From positions 70,370,001-70,434,000 of the forward strand of contig CM060733.1 in NCBI GenBank assembly GCA_030704615.1: 64,000 bases of DNA, written 5' to 3'. The position numbers were made by a program, and so were the translations under genes. Positions within the stretch are counted from its first letter, which is position 1. Every line of letters begins with the position of its first letter. The notes below the pieces were generated by a model that was not told the origin of the DNA, did no database searches, and saw nothing but the letters and a program-made list of their open reading frames with translations. Shown here one piece after another: positions 12,654 through 24,658 of the stretch. The DNA comes from Takakia lepidozioides (lineage: Eukaryota > Plantae > Bryophyta).

Positions 12654-13463
12654 TCTCTTCCTCCACCCTAAAACTCTGCACGATACGCGTGTGTTTTGAT
12701 TCTGCTGGAGCTGAGCGATGGTGTCAGTGAATTCATTTAAACACAAAGCTTGTGAATTTGATGGCTATGGAGAAGCTTTATGGCATCCTGCAAGTGCTCT
12801 GGCAAGATTCCAGTACTTTTCGATTCCCCTTGGGGTATGCAATGGCGGCAGAGCTTCAATTCCCTCAATGAGGTTGTCTCTTCCCTTGGCGGACAATCTA
12901 TCCTAAGCAGTGATTGTTTGTCGATCCGTTCAATGGTCATTAAGATCCAACGCCGCTCTCAAACTTTCAGGAAGTCTCTTATAAAATGCTCGTAGAAATC
13001 AGCAAACCGTTGCTTGTTTGTGCTGTCGATTGCCGAGTTCTTGGAGCTATGTCGAATCCTCTTCCACAAACCCTTAAGGTTGTGGATAATCTTTGCTTTG
13101 CTTTTGATCTCTTCTTGCTTTTGAACGCATGTTGTACAACAATAACAAGCGTGAGGCCTGATATTCACCTGGGGTTCCACATCTTCACTAACTTCATTGT
13201 TTTTTTATTGCACGTGATGGGACCACGTGAGGGCCCTCACTTAATATGATTCATGAAGCTTGCAATTGATTGAAACCTAGCAAGATGAAGTGAAGTCGAC
13301 TCAAGCTGTTTCTTCAGGGAGATAAAGCTCATCTAATGCATTGATGCTCAACAGAAAGAGCTGGAAGCATAGCCAGAAAGATCAAGATAAGGGGGTAGAT
13401 TTGAATCAGAACACTTACGTTCTATTAATGACTCTTGCCTTTGATTTCTGCTACATTACATGA

Positions 13464-13560
13464 GGGGGCTGCTATTTCATGAGCCATGAGCCATGAGCGG
13501 CATGAGCCATGAGCAGAGTCGTAAGTGTGGAAAAAAACATGAGCAGCACTATTTTCCGGA
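13464..13560. repeat. Left TIR and subterminal CATGAGC repeats
   Basis: (CATGAGC)n tandem units directly inside the terminus; same end at 53490-53584 inverted. Confidence 0.88.
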
Positions 13561-13926
13561 AATGAGTGTCCGCGGGAATAGGGTTTAGGGTGCCACGGTC
13601 ATAGGGGGAGAAGGACCTCCCGATGAAGGAGGTTTGGCAATGTTATTTAGAATTATATATTGAAAGGCAATGTTTCACGAATGGTAGGGTGGTACTGCTC
13701 TGTACAATGGGGGCCCATTTCAGCCTACCAGCCACTTGCAAAATCCACCCACACTCCCAATCCCAAACGAAATGAGCAATGACGCATTCTCGGAACGATG
13801 GACACAGAATAGAATAAAAAGAGGGCACAATGAGGTTTTTATTGATCCACATGAATTGCATTTAAAGCACGTCTACTGTGCTGATTGTGCAATCAAATCT
13901 TTAGCCCTGTGCCTACTGAATACAAG

Positions 13927-14490
13927 TCACGTTGTCAATGGGACTTCGACTGCTCTCAGAACTAGCTCATGAGTCATGGGGCTCCTCCAAGTAAAGTCGA
14001 TTGCAGCCGTTGTACCGCCCCTAGTGATGTTCACCACAATGTCCTGCCCTTCAATCATACCACCATCGAATATGGAAATCTTCACATTTTCGTCGTCCAC
14101 ACCAATGCGAATGTCCCCATACAATGGAGAAGAGGAGCGCACTCCTTCAGGAGAATAGGTCTCTCCGATGGAGTCCACCCACGTCCAGTGGCAGCAGTTC
14201 CACCGCAACAGCATAGCAGTGCGCCTTCTTCTGCATGGGTGACCGTCGTAGCTGGGAAAATCGGAATCGAGGATGCGCAGGAGCCACGGACTCCTCAGAC
14301 CAAGATCGTCACCCCGCTCGAAGGCGTAGTGGCCTAGGATATACTCAAAAGCCACCAATGTTTCCACAATCGAACCAGTATCTTCTCTGTAATCTGTGTA
14401 CCAGATAACAATGTCTCCCGATGTGGCCGAATACATTGCATAATCGATGCCTCCAAATGGGCAGTCGTCCCGGTTCCGGAAGCACGGCAT
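13927..14490 (-). CDS. MULE cargo protein X1, unknown function (187 aa from MPCFRN; frame open further upstream)
   Basis: Intact in two copies (also 52559..53122); paralogous to X2 over its whole length. Confidence 0.75.
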   Translation of the reverse strand: MPCFRNRDDCPFGGIDYAMYSATSGDIVIWYTDYREDTGSIVETLVAFEYILGHYAFERGDDLGLRSPWLLRILDSDFPSYDGHPCRRRRTAMLLRWNCCHWTWVDSIGETYSPEGVRSSSPLYGDIRIGVDDENVKISIFDGGMIEGQDIVVNITRGGTTAAIDFTWRSPMTHELVLRAVEVPLTT

Positions 14491-15046
14491 CCTTGCAAAG
14501 GAGGACCTGAGGACGACTTGGATGCCGATGACAACGACCTTGCGGACAGCTACGAAGCCCTTAGATTTTGGAAATGATGCGAAGCGGAAGAGCAGTCCGG
14601 CCTCCAATAATGGAGCATCTGGGTCCCACGTACCCACCGACAGAGGTGGAACGTGTTCATCACGCCAGCGGTGGATGAACCCATACATCTTTCTCATCAA
14701 CAAGTTATAGTTTGAGATCTGCCACCGAAGTCTATCCCCCCGGATGGAAATTCGGCGCCGCATTTACATCGAAGAGGGGATGGACTTCGTCGTGTCCAGT
14801 GGCTATCGGCCCACCTGGCAGTGACTGCCCATAGTTTGCATGGCAGGATAGGAAACTGAAACGGCTACATTCATGCAGCAGCCAATCTTCATCGGTCCAG
14901 GATCCTGTAGGGGGGGAATTTAAATGTGCCCTGGAGTGTTTGTGAGGAATTGCAGCGTTAGCTTGAACTTTTTCCAGCCACCGCGCTGCTCCTCCTCCAT
15001 CCGGGAGCTGCTGTCATAAAGCGTACTCCGCTACTCTTTTTCAAGG

Positions 15047-15625
15047 ATGCCGTGCCGCCGAAATCCAGCAGACTGCCCTTATCATGGCCACGATTATGCT
15101 ATGTTCAAACAAGAATCAGGAGACATCATTGTCTGGCTCTCTGTTTTCACAGACGCTGCTGGAATCAAGCAAGAGTCTTTGCGCGCAATGGAGTATCTGG
15201 AGGGCTATTACCGCTTTGAGCGAGGTGAGGGCGAGGGTCAATGCGGTCCGTGGGTCCTGAAAATTGTTGACCTCGATATACCAAGCTGGAAAGGGATGCC
15301 GGACAGATCACGCACGGCCTCGCTTTGGCGCTGGAACTGCTGCCAGTGGACCAAGGAGGACGGCACCGGGGAAAACTATATACGTGCAGATCACTCCGCT
15401 CTTCCAGTGTATGGAGACATTCGGCTGAGTTGCGAAGACGAATCGCACGGGCACATGAGGCCCACAGTGACCTTGTCAATGTATGATGGTGGTATCATTG
15501 ATGGACATGACATTGTCGTCGGCTCAAGCAAGGGTAGCAGAACGACCGAATTGCAGTTTACCTCGAGGTGCCGCAGCAGTGATGAGCTTGTTTTGAGGGG
15601 TATCGAAGTTCCGTCGACTTGGTGA
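15047..15625 (+). CDS. MULE cargo protein X2, unknown function (192 aa), paralog of X1
   Basis: Shared motifs DCPxxGxDYAM, SGDI, FERG, RWNCCxWT, YGDIR, DGGxI, ELVLR; second copy from 52008 into the gap. Confidence 0.78.
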   Translation: MPCRRNPADCPYHGHDYAMFKQESGDIIVWLSVFTDAAGIKQESLRAMEYLEGYYRFERGEGEGQCGPWVLKIVDLDIPSWKGMPDRSRTASLWRWNCCQWTKEDGTGENYIRADHSALPVYGDIRLSCEDESHGHMRPTVTLSMYDGGIIDGHDIVVGSSKGSRTTELQFTSRCRSSDELVLRGIEVPSTW

Positions 15626-15879
15626 AGCCCATGTAGAAGGAGGAAGGGCTTAGTTTTGTCTGCAGTTGGTAAATGTGAGACATCGTGTCCGATCAATAAA
15701 CGCATCGTACCTCACTTCTGTATGATTGTGTTTCATTCTGTTGAATAACTGTCGGAATTGGCCCACTGTTTACAATTTGATGTCTCATTTCTACAATTTG
15801 TGTGTCCGGATGAATATACCAGAGTAACCGGTATGAGAGTCATGTGTCAAGAATATACCAGAGTAACGCCATGTCGGCA

Positions 15880-16640
15880 TCGAAATGCGGCACCGCATTT
15901 CCATGTCGGAGAAGGAAATGCGGTGCCGCATTTCCATGCCGACATGGAAATGTATGAACCGCATTTCAGTGTCGGACAATGGAATGCGGTGCATCATTTC
16001 CGTCCAGGTACAGGAAATACCAACACGGGTCTATAAATTGGACAGACAACGAGGTTGGCATTGCAAATGCGGCGACGCATTTCCAGCTTGGCAATGGAAA
16101 CTTCTTTTTGGACAAGGGAATGCGGTGCCGCATTTCCGTCCAACACTTCGAAAAGTGCACCCATTTCCGACCAGCTCGATGGAATGCGTTACCGCATTTC
16201 CGTGAGAGGGTCTGCAAATGGACAAATTGCGATGTCCGTTCTGGAAATGCGGCGCCGCATTTCCATGTCCGTCATCGACTTTTTTTTACAATGGAATGCG
16301 GTGCCAATTTTTGCTGATGGGCCTGCAGTTCGAACAACGACCATCCCCAATATGGAAATGCGGCACCGCATTTCCAATTCCGCCATCTCGACCTCCTTGT
16401 TCGACCTCTGTAAGCGTGGTGGCATCCATGCAATGAGCGGGAGAGGCCAAAACTGGCGTGTGGACAAAGGAAATTTTGGAAATGCGGCACCGCATTTCCA
16501 ATCGGCCGATTACTTTTTACTATGCCAACCATGAAATGGAAAAAAATTTCCCTCCCCTGTTTTGGAAATGCGGTGCCGCATTTCCAAAAGAGGTTTTTAG
16601 AGTTGCCAAAATTTTGGAAATGCGGTGCCCCATTTCTGAT
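15880..16640. repeat. Second palindrome cluster (GGAAATGCGGYRCCGCATTTCC), first units about 33 bp apart, then irregular
   Basis: More than 10 copies between the convergent 3' ends of X2 and the ParB-MTase gene. Confidence 0.9.
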
Positions 16641-16773
16641 TTTGGGAGCGTCGTGGTTTGGGCGATTGTGTGGCTGGAATGCACACTGGAGAGGGGTCAC
16701 GAATGTCGGGGAGAATTTCCTTTATATACTCTGGAAGAGAATTTACATTTACAGAGACTTCATTAAAATTCTA

Positions 16774-19700
16774 TTAATCTTGAAAATCATCCGAATCCTC
16801 ATCCTGTTCTACACTGTCCTGCTCCGCCTCCACCCCCTCAGTGCCTTTCTCATCTCCAGCGGACTGCTCGTTGGCCAGGCTTTCGAAAATCCCATCTTCC
16901 CCTTGCGGAACTGTCCATCTCACTTCCGTTGGGTCGTCTTCCTCCCTGTCTGCGTCGCTCTCATCCGCTGAATCACATATGTACTTTCGTACCCGTCTAC
17001 CTGTCTGAGCTGCTGCCAACTCTTTCCTTATCCTTCTGTCCCCCTAGCCCTCTCCAAAATCTGCTCTACTTTACTGGGATTCTCACTTCTTCTAATCGCT
17101 GTATTTGCGAGTTTAGCTGCATAACTAGGAAGGGAGTAGCCCCTCACCGGGCTCGTCATGAAGTCAACCCTCGCAAAGAACGGGACATTCTTCCTGGCAG
17201 GAAGTGTAGGCCCTACATGTTTCGACCCGGACCCTGCAATCTTGCACATGACAATCGTCAACGAGACTAATGAGAACCACAGTCGGGAAATTCGTTTGAC
17301 AAAAATGACCTAGAAGACTTTGCAAACTTACAATGTTTGCACTCACTCGTATTCCGGGTTCTCCTCCGCATCAATGTCCACTGTGTCTTCCTCGGACTCC
17401 GACGAATCCGAGGAGACTTCCGCTCTGTTGGGAGCCTTAACATTCCGTTGCAGCCCTTCCAGATGGGATCCCCACATGGATGAATCCTCCTCGTAGGCAA
17501 AGAGGTGTCGGTCGGAAAACCGCCCAGCCCACATTGAGGCACCTGGTACAATGCCATCCACACATTACCACATGGGGCTTCAGATGTTGCGAACTACATC
17601 CTAACGAGAATTTGCAGAACAGCATAGATCAAGATTATGCATACCTATCCCACAGATGAGGTCGAGCATTGTGCCCTCCACGTCTGTGCATGTCTCCATA
17701 ATTGTCTGAATGAAGGCAGGGCTCCGAGTCCGTGAGTACCGCAGGGGTTCCGTTGAAGTGAGGCTATGAGGGAGAAGTTGCTTGGGAACGTTGTTGAACA
17801 GAACGTCGTAATCGAGGGGGTCGCAGTTCGGGTCAACCTTTCCTCCCTCCTTCCGGAAAGCAAAGGTGGAGTTCTCCTTCACAAAGCAGTATGCATCGAA
17901 CTGCTTCGTCTGCATACACAGGGGGGAACGATTAGAAACCGAATGCGGCACCGCATTTGAAAACACCCAAGCAAATGAATGGACGAGTGCCAGTGTCGTA
18001 ATCACCTTCTTCCCTTTCGACCGAAGGCCCAGTGTGTTGATGCACGTCCACTTCTTTTTCAGAATCGGGATGGCGCTCTTGCGGGTCCACTTCGCAATTC
18101 CTGTCTGAGTGTTTTTTCCTCTGCTCGCCAGGACAACCACACAGCCTCTGTCGTCCAACACCATGCGGGCAAGCCCGAATCCTTTCTTCCAAAAGTCCTC
18201 CGAGTACCTGTTCCAAGATGGCAAAGCTTGCAGTCCTTCCACAGGCTCTCCGTCCGGAATATCCAAGATGATCATATCGCAAGACCACTCGGTGGCATTT
18301 CCGCCCCTCCTACAATCCTTGTCTGCACACACCCTCTCAAAGAACGAGACCATATTCTGAAATCCTGGGGTGTCGAAAGGCTCTTCGGCAGTCGTCTTCT
18401 TCAGTGCTCTGCCCTTCAGACCCTCCATGGTCTTCATGTATGCCAACTTCGCTGCCCGTCCATCCAAAGCCGCCAAGAAACTCTCATTTACACACTGGAC
18501 TACTGTTTCGGGAGCCACTTTCGGCCTCTTCATTTCCACCGGCTCGAAAGGGTGCCCCCTGGGGGGTTGAAGAGTGCCTTCTTTGCCGAGCCAGTTCTCG
18601 TGCCTCTCGTGACAACGGTGGGCACAGGGGAGGCAGCCTGCGTTTGGGGGGGTGGGCTGGTTGCAAAGTCTCCATCGGAGTCCTCTTCCTCACCCTCTTC
18701 CTGAACAGGCTGTTTCTGCTTCTTCGTTTTGGCGGGTGTCACAACAGCTGCTCCTTGCTGGCGAGTCCTCTTCTTCGACCCCTTCTGTTGGGCCTGCACA
18801 GCTGCATCCACCGTCTTTTGTGCCATCTCAGCTGCCTTTCTGGATTCTTCCAGAGCAGCAGATTCCTTTGCCGACTTTGGCCCAGCAGGGACACGTCTTT
18901 CCTTTCTCTTCTCTTCTGCCAAGGCGTGCAGATCTTTCTCAGACTCGTCAACAATACCGCCAGACATATCCAGGTACCAGGGGCATCCAACGAGATGCGC
19001 GGGATGCCATTGTTTCTGCATCTCGGGTGTGTAGACACAGCTTGGGCCCGCCACGGTCCAAGCCATGAAGAACGGGGGCTCTTGAGCCAGGGCCCCTGTC
19101 TGAAGGAGCACGTATTTCATATACCTGCAAGGCAAGGCAGTCAGCATGCGTGAGCATAAGATTGGACGAACCTACTGGCAGAGTGCCACCGAAAACATAA
19201 AATGCGAATGCGGTGCCGCATTTCCGAGACAAACCTCGTAACCAGGCTTCGCATACAAGGGCAGCTGTGCTTCACCTGTAAACAATTCGCATTGCAGCTT
19301 TCCCCGCTCCCTCCTGATGTGTAAACTCCACGCTCCTTCTTGCTGTCTGTAGCTCTCTGGCAAAAAGGTTGTCCTTGTACGCACATCTGAAACGTGTCAC
19401 GTAGTCTTCCAATGTCTGTGTTCCATCCCATTTGACGTACAAGCCGAACGAATTTGTGTGCATTACAACTTGCTCCTTCGCATTCGACATTACCTGCGAT
19501 TCCCAAATGCATTGTCACGTAGCAGTTCAGGGAATTCATTTCAGAAAAGCAAATCTGGGGAAGTACCTTGAATTACCTGGAACCACCAAGTCATGCGGTT
19601 GAGCCACACATCCACTACAGGGTCGGAAACTCCGAGTGGAAAAGACCACATTGTCCTTATGCTCTCGGATGCATTCCAGATCGACAGCCACCGTGTCTGC

Positions 19701-21896
19701 CATTTCCGATCCAATGTCAGGAGCTGGAAGAGAGTGGCTATTGCTAGGAAGGAACTTCAGTGCATTGAAACCTCACCTTCTCTTTCGCCTCAACACATGT
19801 CGTTGAGAGGTGATGCAGTTTCTCCAATTGCATGGTCGGCTGCATGGCCCGAGAATAGTGTTTTGCAATCTCGGGGATGAAGTCCTTTCCAAGTGTCGGA
19901 TCTGCAATTGCCACCAGCTTCACAAGCTTTGACTTGTATTTGGTTCTGGACTTGACACCGGCTTCCTTCAAGTGCTCAGTCAATGACTGCAACGTTTTGA
20001 CCTGCCCCTCACTTTCCATGAAGAAGCGTTTGGCATGGGCCAAATCCAGCTTGATGTTTGACTGCCAACAAAAACATGCAGAAGCGTTACATTCGATTCA
20101 TGTGGAAGATTACTGGAAATTGGGGAAGGATGAGCAGAGGGAAATCGGAGGACGACTTACTTCGTATATCACCTCCACCATTCCATCCATAGTGAGACGA
20201 TACCATGTCCGGTCTGTTTTGCAACGGCTTTCTGAATGAGCTCGGGCTCCAGCATTTCCGCAAACATCTGCGGATCAATGAGACCAGTTTTCCTCACCCT
20301 GTACAGCATATGTGCCATGTGGGTATGCACGTACGCATTCTCAGTGACCCTGCAAGGCACACTCTCCAGTTCAGTACACGGAAGCATGGAAACAAACCAG
20401 AATGGAAACCGAAATGCGGCACCGCATTTCGAACCTGCTAGGGAGGGTATGAGTATCTTACGAGTTGAGGTCCGCCATGGCATTCTTGAGCAGGGAAGAG
20501 TCTGCCGCCTTCACCTTGAGGATGACACACTCCACCATGTAATGCCAGCCAATGTGCTTGGCATGGTTCTGCTTGATGTACTCCCACCAGGCAAGAAGTC
20601 GGTGATTCCCGTCCCACACAAAGAACATTTTACCCGACATATGGCCGAAGTCTGGATCACCCTTCAGCGTCGCCTCGAATTCGTGGTTGCGAGTGTGCCA
20701 GTGGGTATCCCACGTTGACAATTCATCGACAGTGGGTCCACGAGTTTCGCCGTCCTCATTCTCAATGGAAACGTAAAACGCTGCCGATCCCAGACGGTAC
20801 CCTTCTCGAAATGCGAACTTGAGCTTATCCACATCTCCGGGAAGGGCCTGCCTGACGATGGGAAGGGAGACCATGCGACAGAGTGGGATTCGAAGAGTCC
20901 CGCTGGAATACCCTGCTGCCCAGAACTCTGCCAATGCTACTGTGTGTCTCCTCCAACATTTTATCCGCTGCACTTTTGAAATCCTCCGGAGACATGTCTG
21001 TAGGTGCCGGTAGTGGCTGAGCAGCTGGAGCATCCTCAACTGGAGCTGCACTCTGGGGCCTGTCTGCGGGCAATTCTGCCATTGCAGAGGCCTCCTCCGG
21101 GCCTGCTTGCTCATCGGTGGTGAGGTCTTGCTGCGAACGTTGAGCGGCAGCACCCTCCTCCGGTACCAATCGACAGAAACGGTCGATCCCATTGCCTTCG
21201 CTGCAGCAGAGTCGGCCCCAACATCTGCAGGCGGGAAATCCTCCAGGAACTGAGCTTCAGCTCGTGGAAGCGTTTTGCGGGAGATTGTTCGGCCGTCGCC
21301 CTGATTGCCTTCTGCTTCCTCATCCTTGCAGGTGAAGGTGTCTGCTGCAATTGAATCTGTCTTTTACCCTGCTGCTTCATTCGCGTTGGTGGGGGGTGAA
21401 GCGGCCTGAGCCGGTTCAGAAACCAGTAGAGGGACGGGCTGCTTCTTCTTCGACTTTGCTGGAGAAGGGCCCGACCCCTGCTGGCAATTCTCCATGACCA
21501 AGAACGCGAGTCGATCTCTGGGCTTTGAACTTGCCCTTCGAAGCCGCGTCTTTGAAACGCACAGGGCTAGGCCCGGCAGGAATACCCGCGCTCGGGGATC
21601 GGGTGGGGTGTACGTGCTGCAGCTAGCTCCTCGGACTCTTCCTGCGGCTCTTCGGATTCCTGCGATCCCTCCAGCACGTCCACCTTTCCTGTTAGGCATG
21701 CAAACATGTTCTGCATTCAAGTCTCCTAGCATTCAGTCTAAGAATTACAGAAGCAAAATGGGGGGTTCGGTGCTCGATCAGCTGCGCGCAGCCCGATCGC
21801 ATGGAGCTCTCACTGGTGGCTGGTGGCCTGAGTGGCCTGCTGCTCGGAGATGGCAATCTCCTCCTGTAGACGCATCTGCTTCCCTCCCCTCGGCAT
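16774..21896 (-). CDS. Multi-exon ParB/Srx-like plus beta-class N4C/N6A DNA methyltransferase-like gene (several frameshifts in this copy)
   Basis: FFVWDGNHRLLAW at 20590-20625; DMIILDIPDG at about 18249-18278; RSPAFIQTIMETCTDVEGTMLDLICGI|GASMWAGRFSDRHLFAYEED after splicing 17543-17644; further introns 17910-18005 and 20350-20461. A single transcript is inferred. Confidence 0.72.
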
Positions 21897-22327
21897 TGGC
21901 CTACGTCCGAGTATAATTTTCGGAGCTTGCGACGAGGTCTCCTGTCTGGTGCACGAACTCCCCCCCCTCTCGAGGTTCGAGCATAAGAAGAACAGAGACA
22001 GGGAAAGGGGCAAAGAGTGCAGATGGAAAGGGCGCGAGAGGGGTGACTGAGGAGACACGACAAAGTAGATGAAACGGCTGGCGATGCACCACTTGGGTTT
22101 GAAAGGGTTGACGAAAGTGTCTCCTCGTGGACTTTGCGTCAGTTACGAATTCAACCGTTCGGCTGGTACGCCTGCCGTCCGAAAACAAACATCATATCCA
22201 ACGTCAGGCCGCGCCGCCTCATGCCACTTCTGTCAGATAGAGTGCCGACATGTGCCGCAATTCCGTTGCTCCACGTGTTCACATTTCAAGGCATTTCCGT
22301 CCCAGCGTCTGATGAGTTGGAGTGAAA

Positions 22328-24052
22328 ATGCGAATGCGGCGCCGCATTTTCCGTTAAGTACCATCACGAAGCTACACATCCGTACTTGTTGGAAGAAAAT
22401 GCGGCAGCCGCATTTCCGTTCCACCTTCACATACCTTAGTTGTTGAACGGAAATACGGTGCCGCATTTTCCGTCCCACAGCTCCATGTATAAGATACAAA
22501 AGGAAATGCGGCGCCGCATTTCCGTTCTGGAATGTGGAAAGGAGGTGCGATTCGGACGGAAATGAGGCACAACATTTCAGTTCCCGTGTTGTTCATGATT
22601 TTCAATGTGAACGGAAATTCGGTACCGTAGGTTTCATTCCTTTCCGTTCCCCTTCACATACCTAGTTGATGAACAGAAATGCCTGCCCATTTCCGTTGGG
22701 AAAGTAAAGTATAGAGGTCTCACCTGAACGAGAATGCGGTGCCGCATTTCCGGTCTGGAAAGTTTGAAGGTCTCACATGGATGGAAATGCGAGCACCACA
22801 TTTCCGTCCACCGGGAGCTCCTCGGCCTCATATACAAAACGGAGGATGCGGGCGCCGCATTCCGATCTAGAATGTCGGAAGGTGCGCTCGGACGGAAATG
22901 CGGTGCCCGCATTTCTGTTCCCGTTGTTCACGATTTTCAGTCAGAACGGAAATGCGTACCGCATTTCGTTCTGTAGAGTATTAAGGTCTGACCCTGGCGG
23001 AAATGTTGTGCCGCATTTTCGTTTCCACATCTCCATGCCTCACATACAAAACGGAAATGCGGCGCCGCATTTCCGTTTTGGAATGTCGGAAGGTGCGACT
23101 CCGACGGAAATGCGGTACCCGCATTTCAGTTCCGATGTTTCACAACGATTTTTCATCAGAACGGAAATGCGGTGCCGCATTTGCGTTCTGGAATGTTGGG
23201 AGGTTTGACTCGGATGGAAATGCGCTGCCGCATTTCAGTCCGATGGTTCACGATTTTCAGTCAGAACGGAATGCGGTACCGCATTTCCGTTCTGGATAGT
23301 AATGAATGTCTCAATTGTCGGAATTGCGCTGTCTCAAGCGGTCAGAATTGCACTTGGCTCCATGCAGCAGATACAAAATGGAAATTCGTCGCCGCATTTC
23401 GTTCTGGAATGTCGGAAAGTGCGACTCTGACAGAAATGCGTGCCGCATTTCTGTTCCCGTTGTTCATAATTCTCAATCAGAACGGAAATGCGGTACCGCA
23501 TTTCCTTTCCACTTCACATACCGTGCTTGTTGGATGGAAATGCGTTACCACATTCTCCGTTCTGGAGAGTATGAAGTCTTGTGAGGACGGAAATGTGGTG
23601 CAGCATTTTCTAATCCCTCAGCTCCATGCATCTATACAAAATGGAAATGCGGCGCCGCATTTCCATTCTGGAATTTCGGAAAAAGTGCGACTCGGATGGA
23701 AATGCGGTGCAGCATTTCTGTTCCCGTTGTTCATAATTCTCAATCAGACGGAAATGCGGTACCGCATTTCCGTTCCACCTTCACATACCGTGCTTGCTGT
23801 ATGGAAATGTGTTACCACCGCTTTCCGTTCTGGAGAGTATAAAGGTTTCTTCCTCAGCTCGGACGGAAACCTCGGTGCCGCATTTCCGTCGCTCTGGTGC
23901 ATGACCAAGATGCAATAACGGAAATGCGGCGCCGTATTTCGTCGAGCAGCAATCGAAAGAATCACTGTGACGGGAAATCTGGAACCTCATTTCCTGCATG
24001 CTGAACCTGAATGGGTTTGCATTGTTCCGAAACAACACAATTGCGGCGGCGT
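22328..24052. repeat. Main palindrome array (about 53-bp period) between divergent ParB-MTase and transposase genes
   Basis: Roughly 30 variably degenerate palindrome copies with the same spacer types as 3623-4330, reverse-complemented. Confidence 0.92.
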
Positions 24053-24658
24053 CTTGATGATTCACAACTTGGTTGTCTGACCGTTTTAACTAGTAGTACT
24101 GGCACTTGTCAGTGCGAACGTTCCTGTCTTCACCGAAATACTGCGGGATCCCCCCTCAGAGAAACTGTCAGGAGATGTTATTTCGTCGCCGAATCGGCCA
24201 TCATTGTCTATACTTACTGGCTATGGAATCAAACCTCCCACCTTCATGCATGTAGCTTGAAACAATACTTTTCCACTTCAATGTGCGACTTCCAATCGTC
24301 GATGGACTCCGCATGGTGTCTGTGAGCCTTGGTCTGTCGCTATAAACACTGAACCTCGCACTTGCCACTTCGTGCGGTGTTCGTGGCTCCGAATTCCTAC
24401 GCTATAGTTTTGCTTCCTCCGCAACTTGGGAGAGCCTGGATCCAAACGAGGGAGGACTTTGCAGAGTGACTGAAAACTTACCTTTGTTCCAAATTCAAGC
24501 TCAAACCGGGCACAGTTTATTTGGGAATAAGAAAGGAAGGGTTTCCTGGATATGTGAACTGGACCATTGTCGTGCTAGGTAACGACGAAGGTTGCGGAAT
24601 GAATGGCACGTACCCCCATCAGACACCATCCTGTACCGAGCTGTGGGAATGCCCATTC

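Noticed and set aside
12718-13260. Possible decayed LINE ORF2 fragment on the minus strand
   Set aside because: No diagnostic motif recognisable; too degenerate to call
16774-21896. Bacterial or phage contamination as the source of ParB-MTase
   Set aside because: The gene has GT-AG introns, lies between eukaryotic TIRs with a TSD, and is partly duplicated in another copy
22233-24065. ORFs with repeated KCGAAF / EMRRRIS / GNAAPHF peptides (also 3598-4277 and 15758-16971)
   Set aside because: Translations of the stop-free palindrome in all six frames; no coding evidence
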